Assembly (NCBI RefSeq): GCF_031769215.1
Contig: NW_026782081.1
Span: forward strand, 2,294,001-2,358,000
DNA: 64,000 bases
From: Ylistrum balloti
Taxonomy: Eukaryota
Direction of reading: 5' to 3'
Position 1 is the first letter of the stretch, and every line of letters begins with the position of its first letter. The translations under genes and the position numbers were made by a program. Of the stretch, positions 22,298-37,000 are shown one piece after another. The notes below the pieces were generated by a model. That model had not been told where the DNA came from. It did no database searches and worked only from the letters and a program-made list of their open reading frames with translations.

Positions 22298-25200
22298 CCA
22301 TTTTATCGAATGCATTATACACCCAAAGCAACGGGGATCAATTGATTCATTTGTTCAAGAAAAAATCCCAAGGAGTTAGATATAACATGTACACGATATT
22401 TGCTTTCCTCGTAACATATTGAATGTTGAATCCCTTTGAAAACCTCGCCGGGTTTTTTTTATATATGAAAGAATACGGACAACGTTCTGTGCACATAGAG
22501 TTTATAGGTAAACCTGTTCTAGTAGCTGCGTATGATTTGATATATAAAAAACTATTATAAATGTGTCCGAAGCATGAGGGTTCATTGTGTTAAATTTTAA
22601 TTTCAATTTTCAAACGCAATCCAAACTTCATGCATATACGCATTATACATTTTCTAATTTAATCATCTTGCATTTCACTCTGCCAATTTAATGAAGAGAA
22701 TTTGAATAGGCTTTGTTCTGTATGCAGTCTTGTCAATCAACTGTCACTGAAATGAAGTGCAAGCGATCAACATCTCAGTCAAACATAGGCTGTTCTATAG
22801 ACAAGAAATAATAACACGCAAATAATTTTCTTCATCGAAAAAATAACCAGGTAATCTTATTATTCATAAAAGAAAAATTCATTGCCATTGTACCAACTCA
22901 TTTGGTAGGTGACTCATACATCGGGGTATAATGGTATTTAATCGGTGAATATACATGGATCTAAGAACGAATGATATTGTAATATTTGTCATTGACATAA
23001 ATCTATTGTTATGTCATTTCTTGATTTGACACCTTTTAAGAAATTGATTTTAATATATCACAGACAATCAAAACGTTCCTTCAATTATCACACATTATAT
23101 TTATATTTATATCACACATTAAAAACCTCCATTACGTTTCAGAAACCAATATTGATGGGTTTATACATTTGGCACTAAACAGTTGTTGTATAGTGAAAGC
23201 ATCCTGTTCTTTTCGCGTTTAATTATTTGTGATAAATTCCTCAGTATGTATTTCCTGAATATCAAATTGCAAATACAGTCTCTTGTTACTTCTCTGAATA
23301 TCACGTGTTGAATCCGGTCCGTAAATACGGTATAGTATACCTACTAATGAAGTTTGTCAGCGTTCATTGGCGATAATACTCTGTATAGGTAAATTGAGCT
23401 TTTCCACTAACTATATAGATACTCGGTCTGCTGATCATTCTACGTAATACAGGTAGTAGTGAATTAGCAGAGGACAACAGCAAACACAATATCTACAGTC
23501 TGTAGTTAGTTTTCTCCATTATGATGAACAGTGCGTTTTACAATAGCGTATAGGGGGAGCATTATAACTGAATAGAATATACATAATACAGTCATTTACA
23601 TTTTAATTAGTTTAGTGTAAAGACTAGTGATAAGAGCTCAGTGATCACTGAGTAAAACAGATCAATGTATGATAAACACATAATATTTATTTACACAAAT
23701 ATTTAACACGCGATGTGGTGTAAATCACATAAGATAACAAATTTGGTAAATCGAAAGTCCTTTCAACACTTTTGTTGTATGCACAACCATTAATATATTT
23801 TGAAACCACCAGCCGCGTGTTTCATATTTATACTTAAACATTTGCAGAAAGATCAGGTTAAGAGCACAGAGCTTTGTTCAGGCAGTTGTTGTTCAAAGGC
23901 TTTTACCGACCTATATCACTGTAAGTATATATACATGTAAACTTCATACATTACGAACAACGGCAAAGAAACCTAAGATTTTGACAACTGACTCTATATG
24001 ATCACTATATATACATATACAACTCCAGGTTACCTATTTATGCAGCAAACAGAACGATAAACATTTGAGGATATCCCTGTGAAACCCCGGGAAGAATCTG
24101 TATATATTTCTTAATGAATTATAATTGCTAAGGTAAGTGGATGATTTCGCACGTGTCGTTTAATGTTTAAACACTTAATATACTGTTGTAGTGGGTATGT
24201 TCAAGTTATTTTAAATTCGTAAATGAGTGTTAATCTAGTCATGGGAAATTATACGAATATCTTGTTATAAAGATCATTCCGTTAACCTATGTCATGGCAT
24301 GCTTCATATCACCTATATCGGAACTTGGCAGATATTAACATATCTGTGTAATGTTGACACACCTGTTGAATTCTAATCAGACAGGTAGAATTCTAATCTA
24401 TGTATTGATCTATAATCTACATGTGGTATCATATCACATATAGTTATCTATACACAGTGACAATTACCGGTAGTGTAAACCAATGATAATAGCATCGAAT
24501 GAATGTGAACTAATTATATAGTGTATGCCATCATTATTGCATGAGAGAGAAAAAAAGAAGATTACAAATCAGACATCGGCGGAAGCATCAGTAATTAAAA
24601 TGTAACCCCTCTATATGCATGATCGATATATACACAGACGTGTAAGTATGTATGAAATGTATCTCGTCATAGATACGATATTAATTCAAAATCTTCATTG
24701 GTAACATTTCAATACTAATAAGAACTATTTAAAAATAATAATGGAATATATGAATATGTCCTCTTGTATGGAGGAGCATTTGTGCATTGGCGCATTAAAG
24801 TTAAGGTTGATACTGACGAAAGTGTCATATGAATTAGATTAATCATGGCTAAAATGAGATCTAGCGTATTCCTAAGAAGTCTTTAAATTAATCTTATTGT
24901 AAATTGATATCTAAATTCACAAGGGAAATGAACCTGACAAAGGCATTATTTTTACCTTAGCAACAAAGGCCTGACAATAACATTCCAAACAGTGCATGAT
25001 GAGTCGTAAAATTTATTTCTAAATAAACTAGAAATGGAATTCTTTTATTGGTGATCTGTGTATTGACTGTTTGTATTGTGATTTAGCGGCACATTGTTGT
25101 TTTCATTATCTTATAGGATCTCGCTAGACATTGCATGGTTAGTTTAACGGCTCCATATTTCAATAATGTATGAACCATTTCATTTAAGTTTGGATTTATA

Positions 25201-25811
25201 TAAGCTTTCAAAAGCTGAATAAGCTTCGTAAAAATAATTGGTCCAGGGAAAGTGTCAAGTAGAAACTCACTCATAAATAAGTTCATACCTGTGTTATTGA
25301 TCGTTTGTATAACACTGAGTACGTTTAAAATCCTTTGTGACATTTCGTATTTCAAATATTTTCTTTTGTATTAAAACCGAACAAGGCCTTTAATTGTATT
25401 GGTACTTATGATAATCATCTTGACAGATAAAGGAGAAAAATATTTGTTTTTAACTGTTGGATGGCTTCAATTTTCCTTTTTTGAAATTATATTTGTAAAT
25501 TTAAGCATGTCCTTAACGATACTAAACAGTGCATAGTTTTCTGAGTCATACAGGAACTATTTTTGTGTTAGCATGGTAACCCAGCTCAAAGACTGCAGCT
25601 TGTTTTTGTTGTACATATCAGATAAACAAAAAACAACAGAGAAAAGTAATGACACCCATATCAATTAATGTTGTTGTATAATATATAAATCTGAATGATA
25701 TTAACTTCTGTCTATTTGTACAACAAAGGTGGGGTACAGATTTCTGAGTCATACAGGAACTATTTTGATACATGAAAATCGCTAGCCCCTCATGCTGAAT
25801 TTTAATACATG

Positions 25812-26062
25812 AGAATGTTGGCACGTGCTCGTGCATTTGACGTTGTTCTGTATTGAAATTTTTAAGCTTAAAATAGTTACGGGATTAGTATACCTCTCTA
25901 TTTCTTCCCTCAAAAAATGGTTTTGGCTAATATTGATTTTCCAAAGCCTCCCAAAATTTAGTCACTAGCGTCAATTACATTTTGTAAAAACAAAAAAGCC
26001 CAAAAATTCTAATTCTAAATTTACATTGAATGGTGCTATTCCCTTGTGTGTCCTCTGTAACT
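25812..26062 (+). mobile_element. Retrozyme-like repeat copy C (hammerhead region lost)
   Basis: TTTGACGTTGTTCT, GCCTCC and GGTGCTATTCCCTTGTGTGTC blocks retained; the ribozyme segment is replaced by A-rich sequence. Confidence 0.55.
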
Positions 26063-27512
26063 GTTTGTTTTTCCTTCCTCACAAAATGTTGAAATACAGA
26101 CAGGTACATACAGATATTTCAGAATGAATAATTCATATAACATTTGATATGCCAGTGTTCATATTTAAATTGTAAGCATTATTTTCGTCAATATTCTAGT
26201 GAAAATTGATGCTGTACGTGTCGATAAAAATTCCAGTAAATCAGAATACAATTAGCTGGTGAGCTACATACACATCTGACCTTGCGAAAAGGTCACACTG
26301 TTAATATGATAAAAAAAGACAGATCTATATATTATTTAATGATCAAGGCCGTGTGACTGTCACTCACCACACAGTGGGTGTGGAAATCCAGTTTAATTAA
26401 GGTATGCTGACATAGATTCGCGTGACTGTTCTCGATAAAAAGAAATAGCCAAGTATCAACCTGCCAAGGTAGAAGTTATACCTGTATACAGCGCAACTAT
26501 AATTATGTGAGAAAGTGAAACTAGATATGTGTGTTAATACGTACAAATTCTTCCCGAAGATTTACACAGGATCATGTAGGATCTATTTCTGGTTACCCCG
26601 AGTCCTTACAGAGTTAGTCATGTGGTAGTAGTGTGTTTATTCATCCTTTAGTCTTGTTGCCTCGTTATATGATTATTCACTTGATGTTACACTGATTTTG
26701 GATCGCTAATGACTTCAGCATTTGTAGCGTAATCCTTTACATTTATTGATTATTGTTATATATCTTAATTGAAGAACCAACAAATGAATAAAGAGCAAAA
26801 TGAATAATTGAATTTTTTTATGCATTGAAGGGTTAAGTTTACACTGAACAGTCTTTATGAAAATGCAATTAATTGATGAGCCTATTCCGAAATATAACAA
26901 AAATAAAAACGACTCTCGAAATAGGCGGATTGGGAAGTCGATTCGTTGAATACATACTTTATATTTGAATCTTGTTTTTTTCCTTCCGAAATTACGATTT
27001 TTTGATGAATCATGTAAGAAGTTATTAGGATTTTTTTAAGTTCATTTATCATTTTAAGGCGTGTTATTGATATTAATTTTCGCTTTGATTTTCATAAGAT
27101 TGCGCAAATCTTAGTGTATAGGGAAGAAACGACATTGATCATTCATCCCATGAAGGAAACACTTTGGGAATATTAGGGTTTGCTTGACAGGAAACACAAC
27201 CTTTACTAGCTTTTGGATCAGCCTTACACGCACACACCTACTTTACTTCAAACACTAATGATAAAAAGAAATACTTGATATATCTGTAAATCCAAGCCAT
27301 TTTCACATAAATATCATCCATACACATTTGATGCTTAATATTTTCGTTTATTTCAGATTGCAAAAGTATGACGTAGTAAGGCGGATAGACTTACACAGTG
27401 ATATATCATTAGACATGGAGACTACTCAAATTAGAGGGTTTGAAATATCAGTCAGAACTAGGTATCTCATCTGATACCAGACTGTGTATATTATAACAAT
27501 GGTACTAGAACA

Positions 27513-27775
27513 ATGACTGGTTACGTTAATTCTCCGGCCAAGCCTATCACTATACAACATCGTCTTTACATCATCAACAAGGCGGGGACTGGGGAGGCTC
27601 ACTACATAATCCTCACTCCGGACCATTCTGACATCCTGTCGTACAATGTCAAAACTGACCACTGGAAGGTCACTAAAGATATCTGTAACTTCGGTGTTGC
27701 CGAGGTTGACAACCTGCTTTATATATTCGGAGGGTACAACAAAAAATCTGCCAGACATCTCGATGCATGTTTCAG
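27513..27775 (+). CDS. Kelch protein exon 1 (coding part; acceptor at 27356)
   Basis: MTGYVNSP..LLYIFGGYNKKSARHLDACFR, AG|GTAAAG. Confidence 0.85.
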
Positions 27776-28002
27776 GTAAAGTCACATAAATATACCTATC
27801 CATCACATGATACAGTGTTACAACAACGCACAGAGTTTGTTGATTTTTAAGACAAATTTTTTTCATGAAAATATATATTACTGTATTTCACAGTTTAGAT
27901 AAATGTCACAAATCTTAAAGTTTCTTTGCGAATATATATATTTTCCCCCCAGAAGCTTTATGATTTGTGTGATTTATCTAAACATTGAAAGACTGTAATA
28001 TA

Positions 28003-28040
<38 letters not shown>

Positions 28041-31000
28041 AAGATGTTATTCTCTTTTGAACAATCTTTGAGATTGCTGGGGTAGTCACTGCTGGTGGAC
28101 TCTTCGTCCCCTAGGTTTGCTGTATGCAAACATTTTAATTCACTCGAATATTGGTATGGTTATGAATATACACATGAATTTGACGTATTCTAAAATTATC
28201 TGTTATATGAAAATTACGATTTTTTAAAAAAAAATATGGGGTATGTACACCTCTTTATCTATATATGTTTTGTCTTTCTTTTGATCACTTTGGATTTTGC
28301 TCTGTTGCCTCCTATTTTAAAATATAGACCCTCAGTACCACTTACCAGTCCTAGAAGGACGAAACAGCTGTATGATACAATTAGATTCATTGCTCTGCTC
28401 TATTGCATCTTATTTGTACAATCCTCATCAATTCATGAAATTAATATCGACAAAAGTATGATGTCTCCAAGCAAATCTATAAAACGGAATGTATTGATGT
28501 TGAAATCAATTCTATACATACGTGAAATTATACACGAGTAGTTCAATTTATAAAACTTAATTACATGAAAGTGTAGTTAATAATTAAATTTGGTACCAGG
28601 CAAAACGTTCGATACATCGAGAAACTATAATCATCGAATTTTGATTAATAGAAGTTTATATTTATATATAATTTGTTATTATGTAACTTTCCATATTTTA
28701 GAAAACTGGTTGCTTTGTAAATCATTTTAGGCTTTTAAGTATTATCCAGCTACAACTCTTATTAGATCAGAAATGTTCTATCATATGTCATCTATATTTC
28801 ATGATTCGAGAGACTGAAGCCTGTCTTACATTTTATAAACAACCCAATTTTCTCACAATGTGTATCCATTGATAACATGGCTGTACTCTATTACATTACA
28901 GATACAACCCATTTGAGGGTATGTGGTCTGTATTACCCTCTATGCCAAGACCACGTGCGAAGTTTTCTACGAATGTACTTAAAGGAAAGATAATAGTTAC
29001 AGGTACGTATGTACCAATTAAAGTATGTATAGTACACCACTATCATATCAACATTATTAAATAACATCATGAAGAATAACTTTAGGATATGTAACTGAAA
29101 ACGAACGACGTCATGAAGTGTATATTTTGGAAATGTAACTGAAAACGAACGACGTCATGAAGTGTATATTTGGGAAATGTAACTGAAAACGAACGACGTC
29201 ATGAAGTGTATATTTGGGAAATGTAACTGAAAACGAACGACGTCATGAAGTGTATATTTGGGAAATGTAACTGAAAACGAACGACGTCATGAAGTGTATA
29301 TTTGGGAAATGTAACTGAAAACGAACGACGTCATGAAGTGTATATTTGGGAAATGTAACTGAAAACGAACGACGTCATGAAGTGTATATTTGGGAAATGT
29401 AACTGAAAACGAACGACGTCATGAAGTGTATATTTGGGAAATGTAACTGAAAACGAACGACGTCATGAAATGTATATTTGGGAAATGTAACTGAAAACGA
29501 ACGACGTCATGAAGTGTATATTTGGGAAATGTAACTGAAAACGAACGACGTCATGAAGTGTATATTTGGGAAATGTAACTGAAAACGAACGACGTCATGA
29601 AATGTATATTTGGGAAATGTAACAGAAAACGAACGACGTCATGAAGTGTATATTTGGGAAATGTAACTGAAAACGAACGACGTCATGAAGTGTATATTTG
29701 GGAAATGTAACAGAAAACGAACGACGTCATGAAGTGTATATTTGGGAAATGTAACTGAAAACGAACGACGTCATGAAGTGTATATTTGGGAAATGTAACT
29801 GAAAACGAACGACGTCATGAAGTGTATATTTGGGAAATGTAACTGAAAACGAACGACGTCATGAAGTGTATATTTGGGAAATGTAACTGAAAACGAACGA
29901 CGTCATGAAGTGTATATTTGGGAAATGTAACTGAAAACGAACGACGTCATGAAGTGTATATTTGGGAAATGTAACTGAAAACGAACGACGTCATGAAGTG
30001 TATATTTGGGAAATGTAACTGAAAACGAACGACGTCATGAAGTGTATATTTGGGAAATGTAACTGAAAACGAACGACGTCATGAAGTGTATATTTGGGAA
30101 ATGTAACTGAAAACGAACGACGTCATGAAGTGTATATTTGGGAAATGTAACTGAAAACGAACGACGTCATGAAGTGTATATTTGGGAAATGTAACTGAAA
30201 ACGAACGACGTCATGAAGTGTATATTTGGGAAATGTAACTGAAAACGAACGACGTCATGAAGTGTATATTTGGGAAATGTAACTGAAAACGAACGACGTC
30301 ATGAAATGTATATTTGGGAAATGTAACAGAAAACGAACGACGTCATGAAGTGTATATTTGGGAAATGTAACTGAAAACGAACGACGTCATGAAGTGTATA
30401 TTTGGGAAATGTAACTGAAAACGAACGACGTCATGAAGTGTATATTTGGGAAATGTAACTGAAAACGAACGACGTCATGAAGTGTATATTTGGGAAATGT
30501 AACCGAAAACGAACGACGTCATGAAGTGTATATTTGGGAAATGTAACTGAAAACGAACGACGTCATGAAGTGTATATTTGGGAAATGTAACTGAAAACGA
30601 ACGACGTCATGAAGTGTATATTTGGGAAATGTAACTGAAAACGAACGACGTCATGAAGTGTATATTTGGGAAATGTAACAGAAAACGAACGACGTCATGA
30701 AATGTATATTTGGGATATGTAACTAAATTGGCATCATGAAGTGTACATTTGGGATATGTAACTGAACCCGAACGACATCGTGAAGAGTATATTTCGGTTA
30801 TGTAACTGATATAAAGTGTATATATTTGAACTAGTGACTGACAACGACATTGTGAAACTAATACTTGTTTTTTAAAGCATGAATAACAACTTCAATGAAT
30901 CGATATATGTTATGTTGACATGTATTGTTTGCTGTGTGACTGACATTAACTAATGCATTATTGGTTCCAGTTTTTAATCGATAGAGTCGTGGCTTGATTT

Positions 31001-34000
31001 TAAGGGCGATTTTTTGTTGAAACGCGTTAAATATTCCTGACCTTTTTCGCAAGCAAGATGTCAAAATGGTTCGTCGGACAGTAGTCGTTCTACATATAAC
31101 AATATGATCCATTTTTCATTTTTGCTTTTGTTTTCTAATCAACACAACGGTTAATTAATTTGTTTATTACTTATAGTGTATTGAGGTGAAAATGTTATGA
31201 TTGTAAAGCACCAGCGTGTCGGCAGCATTGCTAACTAAATTGTTATCATGGTATTGATTTTCTTTGATTCTATTCTAAACATAGAATAGAAGAAACAGCG
31301 TGGTTATTCCGGTTAAGTAAATAAACGTAAAACAGAGCAATGACATGTCTCATTTCCTGTGTCTTCAAATTTCTTGTTCGACGCCGTTATAAGTCACAAA
31401 ATATTTCTGATACTACTAATTAGATCGTGCTCATTTTCCAATAAGACATAATGAAGTACCAATATCACGCACACTTGTATCATAAAACGGATGATAACAA
31501 CAATGTAAATGTGGATCTGACTGATTATGTCCCTTATATATTGGGCGAATTACTTTGACAGTCATGCAACCATCCCACTTAACGACATCACAACATAAAG
31601 GGTTTTAACGGGGCACAAGTGTCTGGTAACTACAGGCTGGTATCGACTTCATCACAAACACATTATATATTGATGTATTTTAACGCGATAATATTGTTTC
31701 CGAGTATTCTCATAGGAGTAATTAATTATGGACTTAAATTTGACTCTTAAAAGGTCCATTCAAGGTAAATATTACACAATAATCCATTAAAACAACATGA
31801 CAACATAAACTTATTCGATGTCATGTTATCATTCATTTTGTTCGCTTTTTTACCAAACTATTTTTTGTTCCATTTAATTGATTTGCTTTTGTTCTGCAAC
31901 ATAATAGAGTGTCAGTGACCTGACATGGAGCATTAACATGACCTGACCCGCGAGTTCATCACAGATGTCAATTGACATATGCTTTGTATTTACAAATTGT
32001 TTGTTTGTTTTGTTTTCGCTTTCTTTTGTTGTTAAATAGCAATATAAACCCAAACAAATTGTTGCTACTGAAGTCGGTCATTAGCACTATTCTTATTCAG
32101 GTCAGAATGATTTCTAGTTCGTTGTTTAGACCAGGCAATCAGGCTATAAAGCGGCCTAGCTGTTTGTATAAATATTTAATACATTGTGATTACCCTAATC
32201 AGTGTGTTTTCAAAATAAAAGGTGCCTGTTTATTGTGCTATTGTTAGTACAAGAATCTATATCCAGTTCATTAAGGTCAGATGTCTTGACTATTCAATAG
32301 ATGAGAAAATGTCAAAAATCACATCCTATAAAATACACAAAGCAACATATAATAGTTAGTGTAGTTTAGTTTAGTCAGATATCCCGATCAATATTGTTTA
32401 GTTAGTACCGTCCTCGTAGACTTAATCACAAGAGACGATATCATCTAATTAAATTTGAATATCAAGTACAACAAGATGTGATAAAATCTATCTGCTTCTT
32501 TAAACGTGAAGATAAATTTGACAAAGACATATGAATAACATGAAATGCTTGATATATTCAAATAAAATATAAAATCGGTGAACACTAATTTAACATAATA
32601 ACCTGCATTGTAATAGCTCGAGATAGTCCTAGAGGATGCAGATGGCGTCATTAAAGATAGTGACAATTTTAGTTTTTAATTAATAAAGTTTCTAAAATGC
32701 AGTCAATAAGTAAAAATGTAATTAATAGAATCTAGAAAAGCAATCAAGATGTAAAACATAGAATCTAGAAAAACCGATCCAGATGTAAAGCATAGAATCT
32801 AGAAAAACCGATCCAGATGTAAAGCATAGAATCTAGAATAACAATCAAGATGTAAAACAGAATCTAGAAAAGCAATCCAAACGTAAAGCATAGAATCAGG
32901 AAAATCATCAAGGTGTAAAACTAAACTCGAGAGAAGCTATTAAGATATAAAACATTTTATATAATAGGTTTCATTTTTACACTCTTTTTGGTATTTCCAA
33001 AACACAAGAAAGAAATGAATGAATATTGATGAGAATGAAAAAAACATAAATAGATAAACATGACAAAATAATTCAACATCCGAAAGTACTAATTTGTTTA
33101 AATGATCGTTAAGACATCATTTGATTAATTATATACATGTACAGATATGAAGTCAAATCACCTGTTATCCATTTCTGGTTGACACTGCCCGTCCCCTTTC
33201 AACGGAGAGGTTTAGAAATAGCAACAAATAGCAGATAACTACAATGTCTAAATATCATCTTAACCATTATGCTTTAAGAAAGATTCACACAAAAAAGTAA
33301 CTCTAAACTTTTTTCATCATGATGTTGAAGGAGGCGAGCTACCAGACGGACGCCAGTCAGTTATGTGTGATATGTATGATCCTGTAAAAAATACTTGGAC
33401 AGAGTTACGTCCCTTGATATCGCCACGTTCAAACCACGCATGTGCTGTATTCAATGGTGAGATATACTGTGCTGGAGGCTGTAATGGGAACCAGTTTCAT
33501 AATAATTTATGGTAGGTGAAATAATTCATATTTCATTTCAATATTGCATGTATCTAGATAATTAATAACACACTGATGAACATTCGCTCTTGATTTGTTT
33601 GCATTTATCTCAGGAACCAAAATAAACCTACGAATAATTGTGAAAATGTGTGAAAAGCAAATATGTAATCTACGAAAAACATTTTAAGGAAAAAGTGTGA
33701 AATATAAATTTGTGAAATTCTTTCATGCGTTCGCGTCAAACGAAACCTATTTATAATAATCAATACGACAACTACTAGCTGGCTCCTGAGAAAAGAATAC
33801 CAATATGTCAACAGAGTCAGAATTCAAAAACGCAAACAATGAGGCCCATAACAAGTACAAGAATAATAAGACCAGGTGTGTGTGGTGGGTAAGCGTCTTC
33901 TACAACATTCCCAATGTAAGCATCCAAATAATGTTACATCAAAATGGATATAAGCTTCATAAAAAAAACAAGAAAAAACAAAAACAAGAACCACCCCCCT

Positions 34001-37000
34001 CCCATCCACACACACACACACAAAACAAAAAAACAAAACAAAAAAAAAATAATAATAGATTTACCTATCATATTGAGCATTGTAAGTATCCATATCTATT
34101 TAGCACAAGGTAATACAAAATCCTTCTCAAACCTACTAGGTGATGTGCATTCGTAATTTTGTATTTTTATAACGGGAACCGTGAATACACCATCTACTGC
34201 ACACATAATGGAAATACAATGAATTTGGGACAATAAACTTTACTCTCTAGAAATGGAAAATTCACAATAGCAATATGAATCACCTCTTTATCATAAAAGT
34301 AAATGGCAAACGATTATTTTTGCCAGATTTTTGTTACATTTAATTAAAGTTAGCAGCATGTATAGCAAAAATCTGTCGGTGCCTGAATGTCAAGGTGAAA
34401 GTATGATAATAATCAATAAATGTTTTGATTTGTAAAGAAATGAATCACCAAGCATTTTAACATGAGACTGAAGGTGTTTGTTACCTGTTCTGATAAGCTA
34501 ATTGAAGTTTGCTGCCTTAGGTGCCAACCAACATCACTCTTATTATGGTGTCTTAATCTCAGTATAATCTTTAGGTAAAGGAGGCAGGTATATACCATGA
34601 AAACTTGGAAACAACATCTGTCATACTGTGATATTAATTTATCAACATACCTTTATATATCACTGATCTATCGACATTCATGTGACATTGTTTTGTCGAT
34701 GTGTCTATAAGATAGCTATAAATAATAAACACAGATATATTACCATTCCTTAGTAATGAATAATTTGTCTTGGTGATGCAGACGTAGATATTGATATGAG
34801 AGCTTTATTTGATATGGCTAGATTATTGTTTATGTGATAGAATCCCCTAAGACTTAGACGTGTGCTTGGTTATCTTATTGAAGTTGGCGTCATGGTGTTT
34901 ATCTAAATATACACAACCAACGAATTGACGCATAATAAAGTCATTACCTGAAACAGTGTCGTCAGCAGACCTTATTGTTTGATATTGATTATATTTGGTA
35001 GGAACGAGTAGGTTTTTGAAGTGAACCGCCATATCTGAGAAAATTAACAAGGACAGCAACGAAAGAAGAATAATTTTAATAAAATACCTCTCCAATTTAG
35101 CACAAGATAACTATATCAGCACCAAATATTTTACTTTGTTTTGTTGTCAGAAGAAATAATTAATTGATAAAAAAATACCGAATAACTGGTAGTATTGAAA
35201 AGGTATTTGATTTCGCTGCATTTATAGTCATTAACAACTGTTCGAAATCAGAATACGACAACATTTTCTCTTTAGCAATAGATTCTCAAGTGGGGCATTA
35301 AAACTGGACTCTATAATGTGTGTGCTAATTGCATGCACACTTTGTTAAACACTTATGTCTCCAATGTGCCAAAGTTAAGATCAATGTTTAAGTTTTTCAA
35401 ATGTAGGTCAAAGGTCACAGTCAAGGTCACATGGTCTGGAGTCTCCAGAAGGATCTTGTCACAAGGAACACTTGCCAAATATGAAAGTAATACCTCTTAT
35501 GGTGCAATAGTTATGGCAAATGTATTTTTTCAAATGTAAGTCAAAGGTCATGGTCAAAATATTTTGGTACCATCGGAAAGGTCTTGTCACAAGTAAAACA
35601 CATGCCAAATATGAAAGCTCTACCTATGCCCCCGGTTTTTCGATCCGCCTAATTTCTTTAAACATAGTACTGATTTTAGCCACCAAATAGCCGGTGACCT
35701 TAAATCACCGACATATACTCGAGGAAGAAGATGTTCTTTCAAGCATAATGACTGCAACCAAATTAAATATACAACGCCTTCTGTAACTTATATCATGTCA
35801 TATTGTATCATGAGAAGGACTATTCTAGACACTATGTAAAACATCAACAATTTCTAATTCAACATTTTTCAAATTCTTAAACATTTGCTGCATCCTGTAA
35901 CTTAGAATCTATACGGAAGCTACTTTGTGGCGAGTATATCAACAAAATCCTGCCTTACCTGAATTAGGTGTCCATATCCACCGTTCACTTTTATATACTT
36001 CCACAGAGTTCAACGTCTGTTTAGTACCGATTCTGTCTTTCATTATACATCGTCATGGTTGCTACGGACAGGTTCTATTCCCTTTGCAAATAAAACCATG
36101 AAATATGTGCAGTGTAACAAATCAATAAACATACAGAGAATGATTTTGTTGTAGTACAACCTCCCAAATTAGGATTGTTCCTTGTTGAATGTATTCTAAA
36201 ACCTCCCGGATAAGAACTGTTTCTAATTGAAATAATACATTTTGTTCACAAAATCAGAATAAACTGATTAATGATGTTATGTAAGCAACAGGTTAATGGG
36301 TATACAGCACCTTCCGTCGGTTAATGTGGCACGACCTCGCTTGTCCGATCGCACAAACTAAATAACACGAGATCATTGAGACCTTACTTGGATAACCCTT
36401 ACATTCCATTGTTGTATCACGATTGGTTCATGGCTCAGCGACTGGGTCATTTTTTTCATTTTCAGTTGATTTCACAGTCATAGTAACCACTACCGCGATA
36501 TCAACTTACCTGTTGTATTCATAGGAAGAACATTACGATTGTACACATCAATAACAGAAAATTACACGCTTGTATCAAATACATTGCTTAATGATTTACG
36601 TCGCATAAATAATTAGTTTACAAGAGGAAATCAACCACAGGAACTGACTGATAGAATGCTGATGACATTAATATGCAGTAGTCTATCTTGTCTGCGGAGA
36701 CACACTCACATTTTAGGAACACATCATTGATTGTTAATTTTACAGTAGTATTATGTTGACCACACACAAATGGGAATATTTGCTTGACTGTCATTGTATG
36801 TTTTCATTGGATGTGATAAGTGAAGAATGATATTGCTTTACACAGTCTAAAGATTGATATACTCGTGTAGCTTCATGGAAATAAGATACATTATTGCTTT
36901 ATTTTACATCACAACATTTACCCTCAACACATTATATACATTTATCGATTTTAACTTATATAATTGTTATCAACTTCAACAACGGTGCAACGTTCTGTTA

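Noticed and set aside
23637-23652. Perfect 16-bp palindrome CTCAGTGATCACTGAG
   Set aside because: Single short palindrome with no associated structure; could arise by chance or local repair.
25083-25355. MVHTLLKYGA ankyrin-like ending in a 90-aa ORF
   Set aside because: No other ankyrin consensus residues or further repeats.
27426-27866. 146-aa minus ORF
   Set aside because: Antisense shadow of kelch exon 1.
29085-30815. Regular arrays as possible CRISPR loci
   Set aside because: Head-to-tail identical units with no unique spacers, eukaryotic intronic context, no cas genes; the same applies to all other arrays.
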